A stretch of 64,000 bases of DNA from Leptogorgia sarmentosa (taxonomy: Eukaryota), in the NCBI GenBank assembly GCA_964658305.1, contig OZ210885.1, positions 18,662,001 to 18,726,000 of the forward strand, written 5' to 3'. Made by a program: the position numbers and the translations under genes. Below the pieces are notes generated by a model, which saw only the letters and a list, made by a program, of their open reading frames with translations, was not told the origin of the DNA and ran no database searches. Positions 39,501 to 52,139 of the stretch are shown one piece after another; the stretch's first letter is position 1; the number at the start of each line of letters is the position of its first letter.

Positions 39501-40535
39501 TTAAAAAAAAGATCAAATGTGTCACTATCTCAGCGACAATCAATTAAGGGTGAAAAAAATCGGGGAATAAAATGTGAAGGGGAATTGTTAAAGAAATTTT
39601 CAAAACAATTCACGTAAAATATATTAAAACTTATGTACATGTAGGTGTGTATGCTAACCCTATGGCTTAAATAACTGAACTCTTGAAGGTAGTAGTACCC
39701 CACCAAATCGACAGGTCAAAAATTGTAGGAGGCCTTTTCTTAATTATATTTTTCAAAATGTAATCAAGCTACGTATTTCTATCACCAGGGGATCAATAAA
39801 GGAGAGACCTCGCGAGACACAAGCTGCAGAACGTCAAGTGAAGATGAGGGAAAGGTAGAGGGTATGTCAGATAAAAACCAATCTTCAGTAGAGGTAGTTG
39901 TGTTAAATGAAGGTAAAATAGATAGTGAAGGGACCAGTTTACAGATGGTAATTGATGAAGCGATTGCTATGGATGTCATAGAAGAGGTTGTGAGCAACGA
40001 CAACGTAAGTATGCCAGAAGGTAAGAGAAAAAACGTAGGGGAAGAAGAAATTGAGGTAAGCAGGACCCGCAAAAGAGCACAACGTGTAGCAATTGAATCC
40101 GAAAAGGTTGCTCATGATCATACGTATTGCATGAAAACGAACGATGCCTTGACAGCACTTAAAGCTAAAGTGATAACCAAAGAAGAAAAAGAGATAACCA
40201 AGAAGTTGTCTGCGCGCTGATGCTTGACGAGATGTCCATACGTAAACATGTCGAGTGGGATGGTAAGCAATTCCGTGGCTATGTTGACCTTGGTACAGGC
40301 ATCAACGACGACTTGTTGCCTGAAGCAACAGACGCCCATGTATTTATGGCAGTAGCGGTTAACTCCAGTTGGAAAGTACCATGCGCAGGTAAGCTGAATC
40401 TGCCCCAATTTAAAGGGTGTAAAGCAACTGTCAAATTCATCCGCATGTTTGATCATCGTTTTGATATATTGAATTCTAGAAACCGCTGGTGAAAAACTAC
40501 AAGGCGCCAATTAGACGATGCAACTTTGAGTATAC

Positions 40536-43500
40536 CAGGGTGTTAGCCAGAAGTGAAAAAAAATCCGCGTTTAGCCGAAATTGGGAAATTTAGTCTGAAT
40601 GTATTTCGCATGGGACCATATTTGTTTGAGTCTCTTTAAAATTTTTGTCTGTCTCATGCCATTTACTGCAGATTTTGAGAGCAATTTTGAAGAAATGTAG
40701 TTTTAAACATGTTTAAAAAGCGTATTAGGAACATATTGACGGCAAGACGAACTACAGTCCAAAAAAGGTATAACATAATGATTAGATACCATGAATGCAG
40801 TGTTGTCAAAAAGTAAGGTATAAAATCATATTCATAGTTCTATTAACTGCAGTAATTAATAAAATAGAAATAAACCATACATTTATCAATCGAAACGACT
40901 TTAAATAAATATTGAACATACACCAATAGTATTGCCAGGATTATATTAACTAAAACTATCAAAGGTAAACAAGTTATTCAAGGCAAATAGTGTTGTCACC
41001 CACATCAGTATAAATGTTCCAAACTCAATTCCAATTTGTGATCATCATCGAATAATGTAAAAATATGAATTGATATACAAATACAAGATGTCTACAAGTC
41101 CATTCGCATGTTACGGTTTCTTCGTTTTAGCTCATCAACGAAGTGTTCAAATACATCGTCACCAAAACCATTTTTTGGAATTTCTGTTACAATAAATAAG
41201 AGGTTTTCAAGGCTGGTTTGCTTCAATTGATTTCTCAGACGGGTCTTCACAAGTTTCATTTTTGAAAAGAATCGTTCCACGCAAGCTGTGCTCAAGGGAA
41301 ATAAGAGTAAAAAATACAAGAGCTTGTAACAATGTGGAAAGATATCCTGGCATGTATTGTTGACCTTGATAGATGACCAAAGCTGATGCGGACCAAATCT
41401 TTCCTTTTCCTTCTTAAGCGCTTCTTGTTCTTCTTCTGTTTTAGCATTAGTTATCATCATATCATAACGTTCGCGATGTTCTTTGCGTTTGAGAAACATT
41501 AAGTGTTTGAAATTAGGCCACTCAGTTCTAGCCATATCAGGATTGACATCTGGCTCCTGGTCGACTGTCGTGCCTTGAAACGTATCGCACTGGCGTGCTC
41601 CATAGTGGTCCAAGAGTTTACTTAAATCATCGTCGCCATGCAATGTTAGTGATGCTATATCTTCTGGTAATGTACGTGGGTCAAAAATAGCAAAAGGGGA
41701 CCAAAGTTGAGAGAAAGCCTCATTTAGTTCAGCTTTGAAGGCAACAACAAACTCATTTTAAGTATTAGTTTTGAATTCATCAAAAATAAATGGCTGAACT
41801 CTAGTTCGCGTACCAGGTGGCAAGTTAAGTGTTTCTTCAGTGGCAACAGACTTCATGTTATTAAAATTCTCTACAGTGAAGAAGTGTCTCGTTTCTACAG
41901 CGACATCTAGGTTATGGAGAGTGATATTAACGTAAGTTTGAGCTTCACTCAAGCAGATGGACCCCTGATTTTTTTGAAAGTTAAGAAGCAATGGCCTGAT
42001 GTTTTTAAACACTTCAAGCAACATCAATATCGTTGCTACATTAAGCGGCGATGTTGCTTGAATGAATAACCCTAATGATTCTGGCTCTTTTCTTTCATTA
42101 TAACAAACAGATAGGGCATTCAGAAAGTGTCTATATCCTTTAAAAAACGTCAGACAAGCCCTTTCGTGAGCTGTCCAGCGTGTTACACTGGGACAAACTG
42201 GTACTATTTCTTCATCACCGTATATATCTGCTGAATTTTCTAGAAAGCTCATTGCAAGAGGGCGGTATTTAAAGTGTTTCCAGAGGTTCACTAAAAATGC
42301 GTCAACGTCGAAAATACAGGGGAATTGTGGTATAAGATGTTTGAAACACAAAGCTTACTTATGGTTATTACAGCCTATCCAACGTAACAGAGGGACGTTG
42401 TGCTCTAAGTAGCGTTTCAAACCTCCCCTTTCGCCAGAGTTGACGTTTGTCGTGTCCATGCAGGCAAATCTAGCGTTGCGTAGAGGAATGCTTCGCTTTA
42501 AAAAAAATTTTTCAATGGCTGCCATTATGTTTGGGGCAGTCAGCGAAGCACCAACTTCTTTGCTGATGGGGATCAACCCAATGAAATGCTCGGAAACTAT
42601 GTTGTTGATACAAAATGTAGCATATACAGAAAATTGTTCAATTGAAGTAATGTCTGTTGTTTCATCACTATAGAATGTATAATTACCAGTTTTTAATGTC
42701 GAATGTAATGGCTGCTTTACATAGTCAGCCATGATTTCTATCATTTTCGAGACATACTCTGGGGAAAGATAAGTAGCATTTTTTGGAGCTGTTAACAAAT
42801 GGGTTTGTATCTCATTTCCTCCACACTCGGCCACTAGTTTTACGACGTCTTGGAAATTATGGGTATACGCCCAGTTTTTTCGTATCATTAACAGAACTAT
42901 TCGGAAAAATGATTTAATGACAAATCTATTTTTGGATCGTAAACTTGACGCGTTAGACAATACGGCGTTAGTGGCAAGTTGCCAAACATTGGTGTTGCGT
43001 TTAGACATCTCTATGTAGGCTTGTTTATTTTTGACAGATATCAAATGACGCTTCGATTTTAAGTGATCAGTGAACCGTTCTGTTGGATGGTCACCTAAAT
43101 TACCTGGCTTATCAATGAAGGCTCTGTTTCCTGCTGGGCCGTGTGCAAACGAAGTGCATATTTTACACAGCCAACCATTTTCTGCAGATGAAAAATAAAA
43201 GTCGGGAAAGACAGTCTCATATCGGGATGTTGATTTTACTCGGATATCTTTGCCTTTGTTTAGAGAAATGTCTGATAACTCTTTGGAACAGTTTGTTGAA
43301 GCAGAAAAACACTCATCTTCATGCCTCGCTTCCGCTGCTCCACTACCAGGAGTTGAATCGATTTCATTTGACTGTTCAGAGGAACTTGCTGAATCGGATG
43401 CCTTTACAGAAAAACACTTATCTTCATGCCTCGCTTCCGCTGCTCCACTACCAGGAGTTGAATTGATTTCAATTGACTGTTCAGAGAAACTTGCTGAATC

Positions 43501-44181
43501 AGATGCATTCTCCGTGCCAGAGGAAAAATCGTCTTTAGCAATTTTACTAGCAGAAGGAGATGAATCTTCACTTGCATTTATGCTTTCACATTCTGTAGCA
43601 TTTAATTGATGAGCCACGTTTTTGAACATATCGACCAGGTTTCTGGACTTGACGGTAGTTCTCTTAAAACTCTTCTGGTAATATTTTGAGTTATGTGACA
43701 TCGTGGTATCAATTCACAAGGCCTCTACTTTCCACGGAAAATGGCCTGTTTCCCACGATATTACATTACAAATTCAGTGAGATATCTCAACTTTATTAAT
43801 TTACAGCGATTTTCTTCCACAAACGACCTTTGGAAAAACTGAACTATAATCGAAACTACTATTTGTTCTATTTGACAGTATTTGTAATTTCTTGTAATTT
43901 CTATTTTTGTCAGTTTTTGTTATTGTCAGCGCTTCCACTTTGCCGAGGAAATGGTCGAAAAGAGATTACGAAACTAGTTTTTCAATTCTCAGATTATAAA
44001 ATTAAACAATATTCATATTGTCAATGAAAGATACGGTACTAGCCTATTATCAGATGTGGAAAAAAATTGATTGAACATTTATATTACTATTTTTGGCTGA
44101 CCCAAATTGGGAAATTGTGACCTCAATACAATTGGGAAAACCGCGTTTAACGCGGAATTTTTGACTGTAGCTAACACCCTG
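40536..44181 (-). mobile_element. hAT transposon with a 5-bp TSD (hAT5-like); transposase 41092-43701 broken by stops
   Basis: Perfect 12-bp TIR CAGGGTGTTAGC / GCTAACACCCTG; TSD TATAC; motifs WLCKIC..H, NATYLS, SDETTD, MDTTNVNSG, GCNNH, TRW and PLSTACVERFFS. Confidence 0.9.
43304..43509. repeat. 105-bp tandem duplication inside the hAT transposase N-terminus
   Basis: Units start at 43304 and 43409; they encode a 35-aa repeat (ASDSAS.SEQS.EI.STPGSGAAEARHED.CFS). Confidence 0.85.
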
Positions 44182-47100
44182 TATACGAAGAAGTTTCTCG
44201 ATAAGGCTATCGAGTACATTAAAGGATTGAAAGTTACTAATGATCCAAATGTAGAAAAAAACATAATGGTCCTTGCATCAAAAAGGAAAACAGGATTTCT
44301 TGAGTTCCTTTTGTGCATTGATGCTGTTGTGGGATTGGCAGAGGATCTCGTGAACACGACGAATCCAGTCCTGAAGTACCTGCTGACATACAAGATGAGC
44401 CAAGACCACTTGGAATTATTCTTCGGGGCAGTGCGAGTGTCAGGAGGGTGGAATAACAACCCAACGACTCGTCAGTTCGTATCTGCGTACAAGCAACTAT
44501 TGATGAGGCGTAACATCAAAGGAGGACGTGGTAACTGCACTCCTCAAGACGATACGGAAACATTGAGCTGCGTACAAGACCAATGCGAAATTGACTCTCA
44601 TCCCACGGGAATTTCCGATGTGGCCATCGCAAGGAGGTATGACTTGGAGCTGAGAGTGCCACCTGCCACTGATCATGATTACTGCGATGCCTCTAACGCA
44701 ATAGAGCTATCCGAGTACAAAGAGGCGGCGATATCGTATATTGCTGAGAACGGTAGACAAAAAGATTAACTGTTTGCAATGCAAAACAGCATTGACGTCG
44801 ACCATAGAAGCGTTGCCTGACCTGTTCGTAACGTGGAAAACGAATGGAGGTTTGAAGCTGCTGTCACTCGGGCTAATTAAAATCTGCAAGGAAACCGAGA
44901 AGTGCGTTATGAGGATGCTGAATGCAAATGGCGCTGGAATTTCGAGCGCGATTGAGAACACGGTGCTACAGGTGTGTGTCGAGAGTGGTGTCTTCAGTAT
45001 GTTAGACCAACACATGTTTGACACGACGGCAGTGGACAACCATATCTTCACGTTGATTAAGTGCTGTTGCAAGAGCTACGTGACGATTCGTATGCACCAT
45101 TTGGGGAAGATGAGAAATGCAACAATGCATGATAAGGTAGTACGTGAACAGTTTTCAAAACTTGTGCTATTCAAACACCAGTAGTTTTCAGTGAAGCCTG
45201 GGCACATTGGTGCTTTCGAGGACAAGGTCCGTACCTATTAATACAATGTTATCACTGGTTCAAGCCGTGAAATCTATACAAAGATTTTGATTATGCAAAG
45301 TATTTTTATTTCTTTCAAACTGAATTGATGATTTCATTTAACATTTTTACCCAAAGTGTATTCGATAATTGATATCATTCTCATTAAAAAAACCACCAGA
45401 CGCCAAGGCACAATTTTTGTTGTGTTTCGAGATGTAGAGCGAGTGCATTACTGACAATGCACCGAGTTGTCAATGAGACCTGCACATTTCATATGTGTTC
45501 GAGGATTGACAAAGAAATGAATGGTGTTTGTTTATACTAAAGGCTGCGTGCACAATGACATTTTTGTGATGCATGAGATGTGTGCATTATATCAATTATT
45601 ATGAACTTGCATTTACATTATCAGATAAAAGGTATGCATGTGTTTATTGAATATATGTTTAACTGGCGTTGTACAGAATATGTACATAACCAACTGAATG
45701 TCTTCGTTTTATTATTTTCTAGATCCTTAAAAGCCCTCGAATTTGTGTGTCGCTCGACATATGCGACATGTCCCGATATGTCCCGATTTTGTACCACTGA
45801 TAAGTACTATTATAGACTGGATACTATGAATAAATGAGCAAATGATGCTTCAAAAAGTTTGTACAAGTCATTTCCATGGTTGCTGGAGCGACAAAGAAAA
45901 AATACTTCTCAGATAATTTTTTAAAAGCTAATACGTAATTAAAAATTTTCAGCTAGTATCTGATTTAAAAAAGGTCCAAAATTGGATTACATGCAAAAAA
46001 CATAGGGTTCCAGTCTTAGTATATATCAGTGTTTTCTATACCTGCAGGGGTAGAAAAATCCTGGATTATGGGACGAATCAATCAGTAATTAATATCATTT
46101 GCAAAAAAATTATGTATATATTTCATGTATTTTGTATGTATAGGTGTTGATAAAGTAGTTGAAACAGATATATGAAATGTACAACCATGTAATTATATAG
46201 GATGAGTTACAGTTAATATTTATATAGAGGCCAGGCAGGCATTCTTTCTTCATTGATACTTCGGTCGGTTGACATTTATGCAGCTATCAACTCTAAAAGT
46301 TGGATTCTACTAATGCCGAGTAAGTGTTCGACATATCCAAGTACGCGCGATCACGTTAATAGCTGATCATCATGTGCCTGATAAATTATTGTTTTTTATG
46401 CATTCCGTCTTGCTGAACTAGAAGATTACGTATAGGTGTTGCATTTCCACAGCTCGTTTACTGGGCATGCAATGTTGATAATAGGATTCTTTACCCAGGT
46501 TTGGGATATTAACTCTACTAAGATTATTTAACTAATTATTGTTCGTATATATAAAAATTATTTTGCCCAGTAAGGTGAGGGCACAAATTACGCCATGATG
46601 CCAAAAGGTTTAACTGATGCACACTGGGGAGGAGGTGGGCTTTCAAAGATCCTCGTTGTTCGACTTCAGCGACTGTCTTCGTTTGGCAAGCACGTTGCCT
46701 TATAATATCAGTGCACTTATCAAGGCTCCTCCTCTTTGTCCGGCTTTGCGGAACATCTAAGTATTCTAACACCATTCTTTACACCTCTATTTCATACTCT
46801 TATCGTAATTCTTAACACTTTCTTAACGCCTTTGCCCAACACTATTTTTATCCATTAGACACAAGACCGGAATGCATAAAACTCCTATTCGCTAGCAAAT
46901 ATTCTATTTATGCATTCCGTCTTGCTGAACTAGAAGATTATGTATAGGTGTTGCATTTCCGCAGCTCGTTTACTGGGCATGCGATGTTGATAATAGGATT
47001 CTTTACCCAGGTTTGGGATAATTTGGGCTAGGGGTAAATTCCCCTAGCCATTTTATTATAAAATTATTAACTCTACTAAGATTATTTAACTAATTATTGT

Positions 47101-47601
47101 TCGTATATATAAAAATTGTTTTGCCCAGTAAGGTGAGGGCACAAATTACGCCACAGCATCTTAGCACAGCCGAGATGCGCCCCATCCAAGGAAAATTCAA
47201 CGCCGAGGCACCCTAAAAACTGACATTGGAAAGGCTCGATAAACTGCCCGTGCGAGTGAATCAAGCTTAAACGAAAAAGAAATGGATCATTATCCCCTCA
47301 ATGAAACACAATAAGCAGTCCAACGCAAACGGTCGCCCTTGCAAACTGTTTGAGATAGACCAGCGTAGGAGTTTCCATGCATGACAAGTTGTCCACACAT
47401 AGTCAGTGTCAGTAAGTGGGTAAACAGGCGCAAAGACATCGCCCGTGCAAATGAGTCTGCGCCTGTCTAACCAAGTGGTGGAATCGTGCCGATCTTGCCG
47501 CCCCTGCCAACAAGTCGTAGAATTCCGTAACATGGCCAAGTCACTCCCCGCCAGTGACCAGCCGTGCGAGACAAGAATAAATGGCGCGGTAAAACGGGCA
47601 A

Positions 47602-48621
47602 TCATGCCGACAAGGAGGGAACTGGAATATATTTATGGAAAGCATTCGATTTCCAACGACCAAGAATACGAATTTGAGAGTCAGACATCCCTTGCACTGC
47701 AGCGTACGAAGCGGCACCGATACGGAAACTATGGCCTTTATAACGTGATGGATCAAGGCCGCACAGGTTAATTGCCTCAGACAGCCGACCAGCAAACGCC
47801 TCTCGTGAAACGGCAGTGCCTTGTTGCGTCAAAAACAGCGCACCTTGCCGAGTACCCCGGAGGGCAAGATAATCGAGAAGTAACTCGATAGGACAACACG
47901 ACGGCTGACGTTTTATCGTCAAAATAAAAGGTCGTTCATTGTAACTATGTTTAAAATTTGTGAAGGTTAATTGTATACCATCCACCTGGTTACTCGAGTC
48001 ACAAATATAAGCGAGTTGATGCATTTGTAACGGCTCACAGCCACCCCTCGTATGGGTTGTAATTTCGCCAATTCTCAAAAAGGCAAAAAAAGCCAATGCA
48101 CACATGGCTTGGAACTGGTGGATCTGATAATGCGATCCGGTAGTGCGAGGTGCTACCTCGATTAAGCTCCTGAGGATTGGTAATGTTATAGGCAGGCGAC
48201 TGTCTAAGCGCGTGCCAGTTTTGCCGTAGCCTTTGAGCATCTGAATAATATAGAAAACTCGCGTTGGGTCAGATAGACCGGATAGTTTGTGAGAGTAACC
48301 TGAGGCGGAAGTATAGGTATTAACCGTAGACGCAGCGTAGTCGCGTTCGAATAAATATGCTATGAAAAGCGCCAATGTAGCCGGCGTGATTGGCAAGCTG
48401 AAACGAGCTGTCTGAAACAATGTACTGTGGAATTGCATAAACAATTTCCACGCCCGAGTATAAGTTGGAATTGAGGATGGTTGTAAGCTGGATGTTGTGA
48501 GATGTGTAATTATATCGGCCAGCTTTGAGGCTGCAGATGCGGGGGGATGTCCGTAGGAAAAGGATTCGTGTTCGCTGGTGCCAGTTGCTTGAAAGTTTGA
48601 ACCTGAAAGCGAGATAAACAA
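47602..48621 (-). CDS. Tyrosine recombinase
   Basis: FAFLRIGE, GHSFRIGAAS and LGRWKSNAFHKY give the R..HxxR..W..Y catalytic set. Confidence 0.9.
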   Translation of the reverse strand: MFISLSGSNFQATGTSEHESFSYGHPPASAASKLADIITHLTTSSLQPSSIPTYTRAWKLFMQFHSTLFQTARFSLPITPATLALFIAYLFERDYAASTVNTYTSASGYSHKLSGLSDPTRVFYIIQMLKGYGKTGTRLDSRLPITLPILRSLIEVAPRTTGSHYQIHQFQAMCALAFFAFLRIGEITTHTRGGCEPLQMHQLAYICDSSNQVDGIQLTFTNFKHSYNERPFILTIKRQPSCCPIELLLDYLALRGTRQGALFLTQQGTAVSREAFAGRLSEAINLCGLDPSRYKGHSFRIGAASYAAVQGMSDSQIRILGRWKSNAFHKYIPVPSLSA

Positions 48622-50417
48622 TCAGCTAACTTGTTCTTGACACCCGGAATGTGCTTAGCTTTGAAAAGGATATTATTGTCAAGGCACACAAGCACCAGCT
48701 TACGAACAAATACCATTAAGGTCTTATCGCGGCATGATTGTTTATTGATGACATGCACGAGAGCCTCATTGTCAGTAAAAAACAAAATTGAATGATTGCG
48801 CATTTTATCACCCCATAAACATAAACTAAGTACAATCGGAAAAAATTCCAAAATAGCAATGTTGCGATGCAGCCAACTAGCCGGCCAGCGGCCATAACAC
48901 CATGAATTGCCGAAAACGGCGCCAAAGCCAATAGAGCCCGACGCATCCGTATATAAATTCAACTTTGTTGAATTACACCACTCTTCATTACGAAAGAAAC
49001 TGAGCCAGACACGCAAATCGGCCTTCACTTCGGAACGCAATCTAATGAAATGAGAAGGCCGGTTCACGCCCTGCGTAAGATCGTAGAGGCGCCACAGGAA
49101 AGCAATGCCTGGCGTCACAACTGTAGTAGCAAAATTTAAAAGACCAATTAAACATTGAAGTTCTTTAAGTTGAACCTTCTTGCGAGGTAAAAAACCGTTT
49201 ATAATCTCGACACACTTGGTGATTTTATCACGAGGTAAACATGCCTCAGAGCGAATTGAGTCTAACTCGATTCCGGCAAATGTAAGAGTGGTAGATGGAC
49301 CGAATGCTTTATTTCGTTCTATGGGGATGCCAAGTTGGCTGCACAAGGAAATAAATCGATTTAAATTACGTTGACACTGATCATGTGTAGAAGATACAAA
49401 AAGAAAATCGTCCAACAAATGGAGGAGTTCCTCGATTTCGAGCTTGTGGCGAGCAATCCATTCAATTAATGTACTAAAAAGCTCGAAAGTTTTGCATGAA
49501 CTGGAACAACCCATTGGCATACACTTGTCGTAATAATAAACCCCACGCCAATGCATACCCAGAAGCGGGTAGTCATTGGGGTGGATAGGGATGATGCGAA
49601 ATGCACTTTGAATGTCGGTTTTAGCCAAAAAACAGCCCGGTCCTGCGCGCTTAATGAGACGGATGGCGTCAGCGACTGTAGCATAGTGTACTTGCGTGTT
49701 TGCCGCGGCTATTCCATCATTTATCGAAAATCCTTGGGGATGCGATAGATGATGAATTAGCCGAAACTTACCTGGTGTCTTTTTGGGCACCAGACCAAGC
49801 GGCGAGACGCAAAAAGTTTGAAACGGGGGTGACTTAAAAGGACCCGCTAAACGTTTAGCAGCCAATTCCTGTTCCAGTTTCATGTCGACAGCGTGCGGGT
49901 TTTGCAATGCCGAAAGCAAATTATTCGCTGTTAAAGACGATCGAGTTTTATCAAAATGAATAGGAAAACCATGCGAAAATCCGGAAATTAAAATTCGAAC
50001 AGCATCGGGGTCATAACCCGAAAGAAATTTAACGAGAGGCGGGAGTTTGACTGGCGTTGGCAGTGGGTTTGGCTGGGCGGTCAGACTTGAGATTTTTATG
50101 GGTAGGGGGACGAAAATTACACTGAGTGTGACGGTGAGCACCCTTGCATTTGAAACAAGTATGGTGGAAACCGCAACTACCCGAGCAAAACTGTCCGCGA
50201 TGGAATTTAAAACAAAAACCTGAGGGAATTGAAGGCAGCCCTGTTCTTGAATTACCCTGGTTTGGACTGGGTGGCGCTGCCTTGGGGGCCGATTGGGCAC
50301 GAAGCCACAATTCCCCGTGAATTGCCCCCCACGGCAAACGACTTGTTTCAGTTTGGCGCAAATAGCAGAAGTTTTCGTCATAGAAAATCCAATTCTGACC
50401 GCGGGCAGCCAAATCAC
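48510..50417 (-). CDS. Reverse transcriptase/RNase H of the YR retrotransposon (true start uncertain)
   Basis: SPLGLVPKK..FRLIHHLS, KTDIQSAFR, MPMGCSSS, HLLDDF, YTDAS, IAILE, FTDN and NKLADCLSR. Confidence 0.88.
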   Translation of the reverse strand: MIWLPAVRIGFSMTKTSAICAKLKQVVCRGGQFTGNCGFVPNRPPRQRHPVQTRVIQEQGCLQFPQVFVLNSIADSFARVVAVSTILVSNARVLTVTLSVIFVPLPIKISSLTAQPNPLPTPVKLPPLVKFLSGYDPDAVRILISGFSHGFPIHFDKTRSSLTANNLLSALQNPHAVDMKLEQELAAKRLAGPFKSPPFQTFCVSPLGLVPKKTPGKFRLIHHLSHPQGFSINDGIAAANTQVHYATVADAIRLIKRAGPGCFLAKTDIQSAFRIIPIHPNDYPLLGMHWRGVYYYDKCMPMGCSSSCKTFELFSTLIEWIARHKLEIEELLHLLDDFLFVSSTHDQCQRNLNRFISLCSQLGIPIERNKAFGPSTTLTFAGIELDSIRSEACLPRDKITKCVEIINGFLPRKKVQLKELQCLIGLLNFATTVVTPGIAFLWRLYDLTQGVNRPSHFIRLRSEVKADLRVWLSFFRNEEWCNSTKLNLYTDASGSIGFGAVFGNSWCYGRWPASWLHRNIAILEFFPIVLSLCLWGDKMRNHSILFFTDNEALVHVINKQSCRDKTLMVFVRKLVLVCLDNNILFKAKHIPGVKNKLADCLSRFQVQTFKQLAPANTNPFPTDIPPHLQPQSWPI

Positions 50418-51156
50418 GAATAGTTTGCCCGTATTTCATGAGTGCGGGGGCCTCATGAGGGTATTTTTAGGTGTAAACTCCAACAAAGATATAAAATGCC
50501 TGTTGCCATGTCTCGATGTTGAGAATTCTTTTAGGCTTAGAAACTGGCTCAAGACAAAGGGAAGCCGGAAGCCCGGCACCGGTGTTTTGGAAGGAAAGCT
50601 GATATTTGTCAGTAAGAGGATTGCTCAGTAAAACACCGAAATAGAGATACTCCTCGTTCCAAATTTTTCCTTTGATTTTGGCCGAGACGCGAGAATCAAT
50701 CGGCAGATTGGAAGAAAGAAAAACTTGGTTGGGAACGACGGGCGGAGTTACGTTACAAGTAGGCAATAAATGGGGTTCACCTGTAATACGAGAATGAGCC
50801 TCACTTATTGCATCGTTTACCACTCGCGTCGTGCTGATTTTGGGTAACAATGTAAAACGCTGGGGAACTTCTGGATGGTGAATGGCGGCCAGCTGTTTGT
50901 TAACCTCAGCTGCAACGGTGGAAGCTATGGATTCCATCAAGTCAGGTGGTAGAATTACAGCGGGCTGTTGTGGTGGAACCACTGGTATGTCGACAGCACG
51001 TGGTGTCTGAGCGGTCGTAGTCCTTTGGGAAGCTATGGTTGCATTGCGCGTGGAAGAACGTCGGCTGCGACGGATAGATGGGCTTTCGTCCGTAACAGAT
51101 GGACCTGAAGAAGTGGCTCGCCCACGCTTACGCGTCGAAGATCTCTTTGGTGGCAT
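50029..51156 (-). pseudogene. gag-like ORF of the YR retrotransposon (frameshifted near 50450)
   Basis: KIKGKIWNEEY; W..YDENF; C-terminal CFKFH..C..C.F.H.C..C...H cysteine cluster. Confidence 0.7.
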
Positions 51157-51558
51157 GCTACAACGAAAAAACTGAGGCGAGGGGCAGATACAAGATAGTT
51201 GTACATGTGAGAGAACCGTAGTTCCCTCGTATATACGAAGGATTTTCGAACCAGATAGTGTTATACGACTTGAAATTTAACAGATTAAATTTTTCACAGG
51301 GACAGGCAATGGCAGACAGGTTGATGTTGCCGCGTATCCTGCCCTGAGTGGCCAAACAGACTAAACTACAACCCAACGAAGGTTGGGACAACAGCCTCAC
51401 ATGAGGACAGCAAACTAAAAAACCTCCGAAGAGGATAACAAAAATCCCATCAATTGGGATAAACCTCAAACGAGGACTATAGAAACCCAGCATAATGCTG
51501 GGACAACAGCAATACAATAAACAGTAAGGTAGAGTTCTAAAACTATTACATCGAGAAT

Positions 51559-52139
51559 TTATAGCATGTGTAGCGCGTGCAATATAGCTCCTCGATAGCT
51601 GCGATACAGACTATATTGGCCCCGGCGATTGAAATGCACCCCGTCCAGGAGAAAGGGGGATACAGCTGGTACAGAAAAACCTTTGTGCTTCCAACAAATC
51701 GTGCGAGGCAAAGGTTCCAGCACTACGCGCATATATTGAAATCTGCGCTATGATATGCGTGGCGTTGCACTGTCGCACGTGGTGTAACTTGGCACCAAAT
51801 AACCAGGCGCACCGAGTACTTTGAGAGCAAAAGCTGCACAAAATCGTCTATATTGGACCCTACGACTTCTGGGGCTAAACTCGCCAAGTCGTTTGTGCCC
51901 AATTCTAACAGGACGACGTCGGGTGCGAATGCAGTTACCGTGGCTAGATCGAACTCGGTGACTTTCTGGACAGTACGCCCTCCAACCCCATACATGCGGA
52001 GTTCGACTGTACCGCCTAAGCTGAAATCCGACGCAGCGCACGCATCGAAACCTGCGCGCAAGTCGCTTTTGAGGCGGCGCACAAACGAATGGCCCAGAAT
52101 TAACACTTTGGGCACAGTAGTTGTGGTTGCCAAAGCCAT
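51559..52139 (-). pseudogene. SGNH/GDSL hydrolase-like ORF inside the YR retrotransposon (disrupted near 51723)
   Basis: Block I VLILGHSF, block II GVGGRT, block III ELGTND, and block V LDGVHF read beyond the stop. Confidence 0.8.

Larger units (their letters stand above)
39242..45183 (+). pseudogene. P-element/THAP9-like transposase, internally deleted and split by a hAT
   Basis: THAP domain FPD..KWL..TRICSEHF..AVPTIF at 39242-39443; LDEMSIRKH..GYVDLG; FDILNSRN; KYLLTYKMSQDHLELFFGAVR..NNNPT; terminal KLVLFKHQ*. Confidence 0.85.

Noticed and set aside
47602..48621. Phage integrase or prophage
   Set aside because: The recombinase overlaps an RT/RNase H ORF inside split direct repeats, so it belongs to a retrotransposon.
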